From Octopus bimaculoides (taxonomy: Eukaryota): DNA of 53,166 nt. The stretch spans positions 130,903,564 through 130,956,729 of the forward strand of contig NC_068983.1 of NCBI RefSeq assembly GCF_001194135.2. The letters run 5' to 3'. This document shows positions 34,554 to 46,590 of this stretch, one piece after another. Below the pieces are notes generated by a model. That model was not told where the DNA came from, ran no database searches, and worked only from the letters and a program-made list of their open reading frames with translations. Both the position numbers and the translations under genes were made by a program. The first letter of the stretch is position 1, and each line of letters opens with the position of its first letter.

Positions 34554-34768
34554 TTGAGTGTGCGTTGCCTGTGTCTGTGTGTGTGTGTATATATATATAT
34601 ACGTGTGTGTGTGTGTGTGTGTGTGTGCTACATGTACTGATTTCCGAGTGTATTAGCACGAATATGTAAATGTACATGGTAAAAACACCGTTATATGAAA
34701 CCTGAAGTGTTCGTAAACACTAGCCATGTAGCTATTGGGTGATCGCATCAGTATATGTTCCTTCGAAG

Positions 34769-35152
34769 CGGAGGCGCAATGGCCCGGTTGTTAGGGCAGC
34801 GGACTCGCGGTCATAGGATCGTGGTTTTGATTCCCAGACCGGGCGTTGTGAGTGTTTATTGAGCGAAAACACCTAAAAGCTCCACGAAGCTCCAGCAGGG
34901 GATGGTGGCGAACCCTGCTGTACTCTTTCACCACAACTTTCTCTCACTCTTACATACTGTTTCTGTTGTACCTGTAATTCAAAGGGTCAGCCTTGTCACA
35001 CTGTGTCACGCTGAATATCCCCGAGAACTACGTTAAGGGTACATGTGTCTGTGGAGTGCTCAGCCACTTGCACGTTAATTTCACGAGCAGTCTGTACCGT
35101 TGATCGGATCAACTAGAACCCTCGTCGTCGTAAGCGACGGAGTGCCAACAAC
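34769..35152 (+). mobile_element. SINE family A
   Basis: Nearly identical to 29074-29455 and to the reverse complement of 9655-10038. Confidence 0.93.
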
Positions 35153-36419
35153 GATCCTTTGTTATTTTAAAATGTGCTTTAAAACAATAACCTTCATTTT
35201 GACCCTGTGTGTAAGTATGTGGTGGTGTGTCTGTGTTTTATATGTATTAAGGCCTCAGTAGTGGGTGGGATAGAGGGAGGAATGTATCTTCTAACCGGAA
35301 ACCTTCTTAGAATCACTGTAAAAGAGGTGACTCCGATAAAAACACCCAAGGTGTCATGTGGTGCTGTTAACCCAAGCTTCAGAACAAAAAGAGCCGGGAC
35401 AAACACAGCAAAGTTACTTTGGTCTCTCATTGTAATTGTACCTTCTTTCCATCACTCTGAATTTTATTTTTAGACTTCAGGAGGATGAAAAATAAAATGG
35501 ATCTCACTGAAATTTGAACATAGAGCGGTGAGACTCGGAGCAAATTCTGCGAGGCATTTTCCGCCTTTTTGACTGCAAGTTCGAGTCATGGCACCAAGGT
35601 TGACATTACACAGCTCGTGCTACCTTTGTACAGCTAAATGGACGTGCACATTTAGTGTGGTTGCTGTGTGTGTATGTGTATGTATGTGATTGTGTGTCTG
35701 TGCATCTGTTTGTGTATATGCATTCTGTAAGCTGTACATGCCAAACTTAGAAGTACTTACGTCCAGACGCAAGCATGGCTAGGAGGTAAAGAAGACCTCT
35801 TCGAAACCATGAGGTGCTGGGCTCCATCCCATTCGGTGGAACCTTGGGTAAGTGCTTATTTTTTCTATTTTAAAATCCTCGCCTTAGATTGACACGAAAC
35901 TTGTGATTCGATCTAGGTATACGGAAAATGTACAGAAGCACATCGGATGGGCTTCATCTAGTCTTGATTTTGTCTGAGAATTACACAAAAGGGTCATGCA
36001 CATCCCTTTACAGTTACTTACATGTTAATTTAATGATCAAAGGAGTTCAGTGGAAAAAAAAATGAATGGTCACCGTCGAAACTAACGAAGGAAATTCAGT
36101 TTATCTATTGACAAGGGGACTGTCTCCCTACTGATTCCTATTTACTTTTAGAAAGATTAAATGACCACAAAATAATAATTCACAGTTTGGTGGATTATAT
36201 ATCCATGTAGTACATATTTACAATTTACAATTAGGTGATCTGTACCTTATGCGATGGTACCGATTATCAGCTACAAGGATTGTACTTATTCACAACGGTA
36301 CCTATTCATTACCAGGACGACTGTGCTATCGTTTCACAACTAGGTAGAACGTATGCACCACAGAGGTATTTCTTTTCAGATAACAGGACAGCATGTAGTA
36401 CAATGGCATCTATTTGCGG

Positions 36420-36990
36420 CTAAAAGGACTGCACCTTCCTTAGAAGTACCGACTTACAACTAAATTGCACCTTCCACATGATATATATACAAAGTTAAGT
36501 GGCCTACACCAACATAGGGGATTTATTTACGGCAAGATGGATTGCAGCTAAATATGAGACCTGTAAGAGCAATATATTAACACATGGGGGTCTGTTCACA
36601 GGTATGTGGACTACACCAGCACACGGGACCTGTCTTCAGTTAATTCAACTTCACAAACACATGGGACCTATATACATTTGAGTGGACTGCGCCAAAACAT
36701 GTGGCCTGGGCCTACATATATTTAAGATGGACTGCACTAACTCATGGAATCTATTCATAGATAATTGAACTGCACTATCACATGGGACCGAAATAAATCT
36801 AAGGTCGACTGCCCAAATTTATGTGCCCTATGCATAGTTAAGGCGCACTGAACTAATTCACGGGGCCTATTTACAGCTAGATGAATTTTACCAGTACATG
36901 GAACTTATTTAAATGTAAGCGGAATGTTTGAACTCACAGTGTTTATAGATATTTAAGTGCACCTCTATGTAACCTATTTACAGCCTATTA
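36420..36990. repeat. Old 38-bp minisatellite, about 13-15 degenerate copies
   Basis: Consensus approximately TGGACTGCACCAACACATGGGACCTATTTACAGTTAAG. Unit starts seen at 36500, 36538, 36607, 36683, 36728, 36766, 36805 and 36844. Confidence 0.75.
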
Positions 36991-37288
36991 GAAACTGATC
37001 ATCAATAAATAATTGAACATCTCCATTTACGCTGATCCTATTTTGAGGAAATACGAATTTCTCAGCTTCTTATCGATATATGTAGCCAGTCTTCTATTCT
37101 TCATTTCTACTCCATGTTGTACTGTGCATCAATTCCATTTTTAGTGGAAGAAGTTACTGGCTCCCTTGCTCAAAACTCCCTCTATTTTTGTAGAGAATAA
37201 CAAAAGCTCTGAGTTGCTCCATCACGTCTCTTCTCAAAGAGCACGGCAGCTAATATCGAAAAATAAGGGGTGAGATGGACGGTTAGAG

Positions 37289-37338
<50 letters not shown>

Positions 37339-38244
37339 ATGATGATGATGAGGAGGAGGAGGAGGAGNNNNNNNNNNNNNNNNNNNNNNNNNNNNNNNNN
37401 NNNNNNNNNNNNNNNNNNNNNNNNNNNNNNNNNNNNNNNNNAGGAAGAGGAGGAGGAGGAGGAAATGTGTAAGCTTCAAAACAAGAATACATTTGATTTT
37501 TGCTAGAATATATTTATTCGAAATTTCTAAAAACTAAAAGAAATACATTGGTGAAGACTAAAGAGTTTCTGACCGCACACACACGCTCCCACATACACAC
37601 ACGCTCCCACATACACACATTTGTATGTATGTAACTCAGTGTGTGGGGGGGTGTACGTGTGTGTGTACGTGTGTGTGTACGTGTGTGTGGAGTGTACATA
37701 AACTGAGATGCTGCTGTATTCACTGCAAGTCTAAAGATTTATGCTGTCCCAATCTGCTATCTTTTCTTCCTTAGTGGTCAGTTAGTAATAAATTATTTAC
37801 AAGTTGTTCTTGTCCTATAACCCCAAAGAGAAAACTTCGCAGCTTAAGATTTTTTCTTGTGTATTCACATTTGTTTGTACAATAAAAGAAATTGCAACCT
37901 GCAAGAGTTTAATGTAAACAGAAAAGACTTCGAAAGGACAATGAGTGAGTTTCAAAGCGAAGGGAAAAAAGAAAATTCGCTTTATCACATCAGACACTTG
38001 GTTGGTTGGATGGTTGGTTGGTTGGTTGGTTGGCTGTTTGCTTGCTTGCTTGCTTGCTTGCTTGCTTCCTTGCTTGCCTGGCTTGTTACTTCAGCCAGTT
38101 GTCACCTATCCCTTGCACGTTTCTTAATTCTCATAACTACAATATTGTGTGTGTATGTGTGCGTGTGTGTATGTGTGCGTGTGTGTGTGTGTGCGTGCGT
38201 GCGTGTGTGTGTGTGTGTGTATGTGTCTTTGTGCCTGTATTTGT

Positions 38245-38390
38245 ACTTCACCACCGCTTGACATCCGGTGCTGGGGTGTTTACGTCCCTGTAGCTTAGCA
38301 GTTCCGCAAGATAAGTACCAGACTTAAAATAATAAATACTGGAGTTGATTCATTCGACAAAAAATTCTCCAAAGTGGTGTCCCGGCATGG
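38245..38390 (+). mobile_element. 3' half of SINE family C
   Basis: ccgcttgacatccggtgctggggtgtttacgtccc..ataagtaccagac..gattcattcgac..ggtgtcccggcatggcc. Confidence 0.75.
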
Positions 38391-38479
38391 CCAATGCTTT
38401 CAGCTTAGACTTTTTTTGGTGGGGTGGGGGCAACCAAATCGAACTGTCTGAAGTGTAACTGCCTGAAACAGTAAGGACT

Positions 38480-39120
38480 TCTGGTTACTTGACTGAGGAA
38501 AGAAGGTCACGAATGAATAACCCCTCTTTTTTTTCCCCTGTCCTTGTAATTTTTGTTTCTCCTATCCGCTTTTGTATTGTCTATCTGTCCGAATGTTTTT
38601 TGTCATCTGTTGCGTTTTTGTTCCATTTTTTTATATTTATATATACATATAGCGGCGCACGTACACACTTGTGTTCAATCTATTGTAAGTATGTATCTAA
38701 ATTTTGTACCACTCTTTTACTTTATCTTTTAGTCCCCTCAATACTGTCTTCCTCTTTTTCTCGCTCCCCCTCTCTCTTACACATTTCTTAGCCCTCTCTT
38801 TCTTTAACTCCAACTTTTCCTCCTCGTTTATCTCCCTTGTACTTTTCCCTTCGTCCCTGATTTTTTCTTCTAATCCTCTCTCCTCTTTCAACGTGACCAG
38901 TGTCCAGCCAGCCATGATCTTTCTGTCTTGGCCTGACTGCCAACATCTCTTATGTTCATCTCCAATGTTCCTGCCTTTAGGCTTTCATATCATACCCGTC
39001 AGCTCAATTTAATTCGTTCTCAGTCGAAAGACACCTGTTGTTATATTCTTGTGGTTTGTATTTGTAATTGCGTACCATGTTCTCCGTTTCTTGTCTTTGT
39101 TGCCGTACACATTCGCTATT
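38480..39120 (-). mobile_element. Possible LINE endonuclease/ORF2 fragment
   Basis: Weak: KIANVYGN..ITTGVF (cf. ANVYAP..IIGGDFN) followed by a purine-rich, charged stretch. Confidence 0.25.
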
Positions 39121-39139
39121 TTTTTACAAAAAATCTAAT

Positions 39140-40525
39140 GCCCTTAACTTAGACTTTTTGTGGGTGCAACCAGCTCGAACTGTTGCAAGTCACAAAACTT
39201 CGGAAAGCCTATCTTATCTGCTGGGTACTTCTTCCTGTATTCCAGAAATTTTTCATGCAGTTTCACTAGCTGTTTTGGCTGGTGGACCTTTACTCTGTTC
39301 TCCTTTACAGTAAGAAATTCCTGTTTGCCTGGGCAAGCACGCGACTTTTCCTCCGACACGTAGAATTGTATTATTCGTTCTGGGATATCAGAAGCAAGTA
39401 CTCTCACGCCCTACTTTGTGCCAGGATCAGCCAAAATACCCTTTTCTTTCCTCATAAGATCACCATAAGATCACTTACATCAAAGATTTCGATAGTTTGT
39501 TTCCGTAACCAACTTTCTGGCACAAGGGTTACTTATGCACAGTGGTGCCTCTTTTAAATTCATAGTCAATGTATCCAAATTACGCAGTAAAATTGAATAG
39601 AAAATGATTACCTTGCATTTATGTATTGATGTGTGTTAATATTTTGAATTTAGAGGACTGTTGCGCATACACGCCAAAAGTGTGCGAGCGAATCCACCAG
39701 GTGGTATGAAGGAGTGTATGCGTGAATCTACGAGGGGGCATCGTGTATGCGTGAATCTACTAGGGGGCATCGTGTGCGCACCAGTCCACTTGGTCAATAT
39801 TTTATATAACGAAAGAAGGTATTTGCTAAAACAAAAAAAAAACCCTATTATTTGAAAACCAAATTAACTATTTAACTATGAAGGAAATGAAAAAACAAGT
39901 TGAAATTTTTAACAAATAAAGTTTAGATATATATATTCTGGGAGAACAAGTTTTATTCTCTTCTTTAATTTCCCTAATTGTGAACTTCCGAGGCAAAAAT
40001 TGTCAAAAAAGTGATTTTTTTTTTCACTTGGAACTATTTCCAGAGACCTCTATATTTTATATTATGCCTTGTACATTGTCAATATTCTTACTATGGAAAT
40101 ATGAATCCTCAAATTGAAGAAACACTGCAGGATTTTTGTTTGTATTAGAATTCTTGGCCTTATGGGGGACCATTAAATATTGATTTTTTTTTTAATTTCC
40201 GACCATGGAAAGCTTCATATTTAAAAAGCCAATAACTTAAAAAATGAAGGGAGGTAGAGCAATTCTGATAGATTGTGACAGGTTGGGTTCCGATCACACA
40301 GGATAGTCAATTTCAGCACCAAAATCTGTATAAATTTGGCATTCGCGCTCCATGAGGAGCGTGGCGCTCAAACTTCGGTGGGGAATATCTTGGAAACCTT
40401 TAGAAATTAAACCCTAAAATTATGCTTGTACTCATTATGCATATAGAGGTATTACCCCAAAATATGAGCTAAATTTGAGTTGGTCAGGTGCAAATTTTTT
40501 AAAATTTTGGTTGAATTCATATGAT
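39140..40525 (-). mobile_element. DNA-transposon-like relic: transposase N-terminal region plus a terminal non-coding segment (superfamily uncertain, possibly Sola-like)
   Basis: VTLVPESW..KGILADPG..IIQFYVSEEKSRACPGKQEFLTVKENRVKVHQPKQL..FLEYRKKYPADKIGFPKFCDL resembles the LTL.P.SW..FY..D..SR.MPG.KD..KRL..KIGFSKFC.LRP N-terminus of a widespread invertebrate transposase family. The family name is not certain. Confidence 0.5.
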
Positions 40526-41312
40526 GTTGTCAACAAGAATTATTTGATATAAATATACTCTCTATTATCTTTAACACAAGGAAGAATTTACAGGAGTTTC
40601 GTGTCGTATGTACGTCTACCACTTGTTATTTTCTGCAGACAGTGTTGATATACGCATTTTTCTTATATTTAATAGGAACTAGGTGTGAGAAAGTTTCCCG
40701 TGTTAGTTTAGAAATCTGAAGCTGTACTCTGTCCAACCATTGAATCTCTCTGAGTTATTGCTGATATCACGGCACTCACTAAAAAAGGCATTAATTAATG
40801 TAACCAGACTTATCTGGATAACTGGAGCTGGAACATCTTTGATCACTGGTGGCCAACTTGTGACGCCGTTGATCTCTACCAAATGACTACCACAATAAGA
40901 TGAAGAGTTATTAATAGTGTTAGTATTAAGGAATCCCGTTAGTGGTATGGGTATAGACATTAGTAGCGATGGTGGTGTTTCAGACTGAGGGAGATGGAGA
41001 GGTAGTGCCTTAGGCCTACATCTTGATTATTGGTGTTGTTTAGTCCTCGAAATTAATACCTACCCCAGAGGGCTTAACTGTAATCGAAGCCATCCCAGCC
41101 ACACCCATTCCTTCTGTAGACTCAGGATTTCATTAGCCAATATGGCTTTTCCTTCTCAAATGTAAAAGTTGTTATTTGAGAGGGATTTAGTTTTTGCGTT
41201 TGTTAATTTACTGTAGAGATATTTAGTTATCTTGTAACACTAGTGTCCATTTATTCATTGTTGTCTTCAACAATAGTTAGTTTTGGAAACCAGTCTTACA
41301 TATTACATATTT

Positions 41313-41700
41313 ACACCTTGTTATATTTAACAGGAGTCAAAAGTTATAGATTTATACCTAGTAATTAACAGTAGTTGGAGCTTATAAACGTATATCTTGG
41401 GTATCATTCTTATTCTTAATGTAAGGTGTAATAAAGTATTAATAGTTTGTGTCTCGTTGTGCTAGTGAAGCATATATCATAACTTTTACATCGCGTTATA
41501 TTTAACAGGAGTAAAGTGTTATAAACTTGCACCATATTTTTAACAGCGGCTGTTAATGCATGTCTTGGTTATCATTATATTTAACGTAAGGTGTTATAAG
41601 ATGTATTTAATAGAAGTTGGATATTGGTGTGAATTAATAGCTTAGAATTCACACCTTGTTATATTTAACAGGAGTGTGTTTTTAATATAAATCTACACCT
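41313..41700. repeat. About 170-bp tandem repeat, about 2.2 copies
   Basis: (acacctt)gttatatttaacaggagt at 41313, 41488 and 41651; tcttgg.tatcatt..taa.gtaaggtgt at about 41395 and 41563. Confidence 0.8.
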
Positions 41701-43482
41701 TCTAATATTACTCCTCATAAAATATTTTTATATCAATACCTGTTTAAAGACTTTGACCTTACTCTTTTCTCTTTCTTCTCCAATTTTTCTGTCTCTGTCC
41801 AACATTCTATATCATAGTATTAGAGCTGTTATCGTTAAACCCGGCATCGATCTTTTATCAATTATCTTTTTATCACAGAGCTCCACTTTATTCTTACAGC
41901 TATTCTGTTATCTCCACATCAGCCCTTTATACAACTGTTATTAATATTTACTTTTTGCTCTGTTGCCTGTTTGTATCTATGGTTTTATCATTGCTATAAC
42001 AGTTCTATGTTATCATTTATCTTTACACTTTCTTCAGCAAATATTCTCTCTGCTGTTGCTCTTTTAATCTAGTATATTTATCATATTTAGCGTCGTTATG
42101 TTTGACTCACCTAATTTCCTTTATTTTTGTTCAACATCATCATAAATGGGTTCAGCTTTGTGTCACGATGAACGTCAAGAATTGCCATGAAGGCAATATT
42201 CAGAAGAGTACTATGATCCAAGGGTATATCACACTAGTTTTAATAAATATATATACACACTGATTTATGGTTGCAATTGGAACCAAGATAAAAGGCATGC
42301 AAAAATCCCTTAAGCACTTCAATTATTAATCTTTTATAATAGTTATTTTCGGATTGAAACTTCTATAAATGTTGAGTTTCCATAATACTGTGATGCGTGT
42401 ATGTTCGTGTATGTGTGTTGTATAGTTGTGGATGCGTATTGTGTTGTATTTGTGTTGTTATTGTAGTGGTGTAATAAACATTTATACACACATCCGCAAT
42501 GTCTAGTTCAATTTTAATGCAATACTTTAATACAGAAATCCAGCAATTTAGTTAGTTTCTTTCATAATATGGTCATCTTCTGGGCTCAGCATAATTAAGT
42601 GTTTGAACGAAGCCTAATTCAGGAATGTTTTCTGAATCTAAAAAGCAAAATAAGAAAAAAATAAAGTTTATCCAAGGAAAATACTTTCCATACGTGAATT
42701 AGAGCTGCAATGTACGTCATGAAAAATAAGTTTGCGAGGATGAAACTTGCAGATTTGAAACCCCTGGAAGATGTCGTGAAAAATAAAGCTAATAATGACG
42801 TGCTTGTGAGGACTGAACTGTGGATAATCTTATTCTGGGACGATAAATAATTTTAGGATTTATTACATTAAACAGAAGTTAGATATTATAAATTTACATT
42901 TCTGTATAATAGCCGATATCTATGTTGGTTGATTAGATTATTTTTGCCCAGCCATTTATATTGCATAGAGAGTGGCGGGGAGATAGAGTAAAGAAAGAGA
43001 TACATAGAAAAGTGCAGGATGAGTGCATATGCCAGGCTTGGTGGCAAGAGGAGGAACGGAAATAAATGACAGAGTAGTTATAGAAAAATGTATGCAAATG
43101 AGAAAGCCTTTTTCTTTTTTGTTTCGTTTAATTCGATTTAAAGGTAATAAAATATTTTTCTTTCGAAAATTAACCTAGATTACATCATTTTGCATAAGCA
43201 TCAGAACATTTTCATAAAAGTTAAATTATAATTCTTGCATGCATGTCATACTTATTGATATTGCCCATGGATGTAAATGTATCCTTCCAAAGTTACCTGT
43301 CGTATAACGCGTAATACTAGTCGAGTTACATTCTATTTAACAAGACTGAGGTACCTTAAGTATAAATAATTTTTTTGCGTTTATCTTGTTACCTTCACGT
43401 CAGTCTTTTATGTTGCAGTTAACAATGTTACTTTTAGTTCTGATATGCCTTTATCTATAACTATGTGTATGTACTTCGAGTA

Positions 43483-43516
<34 letters not shown>

Positions 43517-44638
43517 CTTCTAATATAAGAGGTGTTTTTATATATTTCATCAGTTGCCTTATATTAGAAATAAATTTATTACCATTCACTTCGGGACTGG
43601 TAACCTCTCTACGTGACTTTTCTGACCAGCTACACGTGTGTTGATGCTTGCTACAGAATTTCTATTTGGATATATTTGGGGTATTTAAATGTACACATGA
43701 CTTTGCATCTGCTTTACCATGGGTATATGTACGTATTCCATTTATTTTTATCGCGTTCCTCGCTGACGAAGGAAGAATCGTTTTGGATTNNNNNNNNNNN
43801 NNNNNNNNNNNNNNNNNNNNNNNNNNNNNNNNNNNNNNNNNNNNNNNNNNNNNNNNNNNNNNNNNNNNNNNNNNNNNNNNNNNNNNNNNNNNNNNNNNNN
43901 NNNNNNNNNNNNNNNNNNNNNNNNNNNNNNNNNNNNNNNNNNNNNNNNNNNNNNNNNNNNNNNNNNNNNNNNNNNNNNNNNNNNNNNNNNNNNNNNNNNN
44001 NNNNNNNNNNNNNNNNNNNNNNNNNNNNNNNNNNNNNNNNNNNNNNNNNNNNNNNNNNNNNNNNNNNNNNNNNNNNNNNNNNNNNNNNNNNNNNNNNNNN
44101 NNNNNNNNNNNNNNNNNNNNNNNNNNNNNNNNNNNNNNNNNNNNNNNNNNNNNNNNNNNNNNNNNNNNNNNNNNNNNNNNNNNNNNNNNNNNNNNNNNNN
44201 NNNNNNNNNNNNNNNNNNNNNNNNNNNNNNNNNNNNNNNNNNNNNNNNNNNNNNNNNNNNNNNNNNNNNNNNNNNNNNNNNNNNNNNNNNNNNNNNNNNN
44301 NNNNNNNNNNNNNNNNNNNNNNNNNNNNNNNNNNNNNNNNNNNNNNNNNNNNNNNNNNNNNNNNNNNNNNNNNNNNNNNNNNNNNNNNNNNNNNNNNNNN
44401 NNNNNNNNNNNNNNNNNNNNNNNNNNNNNNNNNNNNNNNNNNNNNNNNNNNNNNNNNNNNNNNNNNNNNNNNNNNNNNNNNNNNNNNNNNNNNNNNNNNN
44501 NNNNNNNNNNNNNNNNNNNNNNNNNNNNNNNNNNNNNNNNNNNNNNNNNNNNNNNNNNNNNNNNNNNNNNNNNNNNNNNNNNNNNNNNNNNNNNNNNNNN
44601 NNNNNNNNNNNNNNNNNNNNNNNNNNNNNNNNNNNNNN

Positions 44639-44663
44639 GAGAGAGAGAGAGAGAGAGAGAGAC

Positions 44664-44728
<65 letters not shown>

Positions 44729-44780
44729 GGACAGACTAAGACAGATAGATAGATACACAGTTAGATAGATAGATAGATAT
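44639..44780. repeat. (GA)n(GACA)n(GATA)n microsatellite
   Basis: Direct reading. Confidence 0.95.
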
Positions 44781-45233
44781 GAAAAGACAGATTCGAAGTA
44801 TCTTTTTCTCTTTCTCTTTCTTTTTTTTCCTTTCCTCTCCCTTCTCTTTTTCTTTCTCAGCCCTTTACATAATTACCAATGTTCCTATTTCACTGTATCT
44901 TCTACGTTTTCTTCTGACATCTATTATTCTCATTGTTTCATTGTTCATACAGCTGTTATTTATTTTAGATCCGCACCAGTAAATTATATAGGCATTCTCA
45001 ATGTTTCTTTTAACTATTATATCTCATTGTATCTCCAATTCCTTTATCTATTGCCCTAACTGGTCTCTGCCATCTGTTAAACCATCTCTTCTTGCAAACA
45101 TATTTTATGTACTGTTCTTTATTTAAGTCTTAATCATTCTTACTCAAAACTCTTCTCATGCTACTCTTGTACAATACAAAGTTTTTTAAAAATATATTTC
45201 ATCATGTACATCATAGTTTTGTAGCATAGAAGT

Positions 45234-45280
<47 letters not shown>

Positions 45281-45989
45281 CGTGTGTGTGTGCGTGCGTG
45301 CGTGTGTGTGTGTATGTGTGTTATATTGTTGTAGAAACTCTAATTTTTGTGATTTGTGTGTGTTTGTGTGTTATCGTTGTGGTTCTAATTGATATTGGAT
45401 ATCTTATACTTCACCTGCTGAATAGATTCAGCAATGTAATTTGGGGGCCGTAAGGAAGCGTAAGTCACTTTCTGGCCTCCAGTCGTCTGGAATTATAGTT
45501 TCAGTATCTTCTGTATCTTATGCATCTTCTATAAAATATTTAACGTTTGACAAACGAATGTTTTGCAAATGAATCGCATTTGTCGTATTTGTCACGAAAG
45601 ATTTACCCTCGGACAGGAGAAAGTGATGTATTTTGAGGTAGAATTATTTTTGCATCATACTTTGTGTTTCAGGCATATGAAGCATATGATACATATCAGT
45701 AAACTCAATGGATTCACCAACATAATCATCAAGTTGGCATCCATTCGGAATGCTATTCAAGTCGTTGAAATTTTTTTCTAATTTTGCCTGGCATTCTTTG
45801 AGTAAATATTACAGTTCAACCAAATAGATATATGAATTAATTCAAAGAATCAATAAATAAGTTGTTTAATATAGATATGAATTTGATTTTAACGTCAATT
45901 AGATAGCTAAGAGACGTGAGAAGTAAATAAATGTTGAATTAGCAATTGTTGAACGTCATCATACTCTTGTAGATTATGGTGTACTTAGA

Positions 45990-46130
45990 TTAGAAGGCCG
46001 TCGAATTCGCTGAATCGTTACAGCGTCGGAAACAATGTTTAGCAGCCTTCATCCTGAAAAATTGATTGTGCTCAGTTTTTACTTTTATCCTATCAGAGTC
46101 GATAAATAAACACCCAGTTCAGAACTGGGG
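45990..46130 (+). mobile_element. Very degenerate SINE family B
   Basis: gaaggccgtcgaattcgctgaatcgttacagcgtcggaaacaatg..tttatcctatcagagtcgataaataaacacccagttcagaactgggg. Confidence 0.55.
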
Positions 46131-46269
46131 TATATTATTATTTCTAACTTTCTGCCTGGATTGTATCTAACTTTCAATGATGTAGCTTTGTCCCATTGTA
46201 TCACGTTTTTATTGTTTTGTTTTTTTCACCTAAGATCTACGTCAAGATTTCGCTTCTCCAGAAGAAGGA

Positions 46270-46590
46270 TCATCGCATATGACCTTTGCAGCTCTTTCTA
46301 GAACGTTTAGATTGATGTAGATGGTGTTCCGATTGAACTTTTTGAGTTAAAAATCCTGCGTGGAAGACAGGAGCGGGAAGATATTTCCATAGCCATAACA
46401 TCCGGGAGGGACTGAACGTAATGATTATCGTAGGGCCCGGAGAAGAGGGATGACATAACAAGAGTGGTGGGAGGAGAATAGACAAATAGGTCGGGAATGT
46501 GTAAATGGAAGTGGCATGCGCCGAGGTGATTTTAGTAGGAGTACAAAAGTTAGAGAGACCATTTTGGTCGCAGAGAATATTTTGATATCA
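46270..46590 (-). mobile_element. Possible CR1/L2-type LINE EN-RT linker fragment
   Basis: Weak: GC-richer island; minus frame GPYDNHYV (cf. PLG.SDH..V) followed by RRIFN. Confidence 0.25.

Noticed and set aside
36420-36990. CRISPR-like periodicity
   Set aside because: No unique spacers, highly divergent units, eukaryotic context and no cas genes.
40703-40960. Faint resemblance to a densovirus NS1 C-terminus
   Set aside because: No SF3 helicase Walker motifs nearby. The similarity is too weak to name; the region is kept only as an unassigned finding.
42700-42850. 46-codon plus frame MYVMKNKFARMKLADLKPLEDVVK..
   Set aside because: Short, weak acceptor and no recognisable homology.
43535-43555. 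CTGATGA on the minus strand
   Set aside because: No stem II or GAAA in the correct position.
43755-43789. CTGACGA-AGG hammerhead-like start
   Set aside because: It runs into an N gap before any GAAA or stem can be seen, so it cannot be evaluated.
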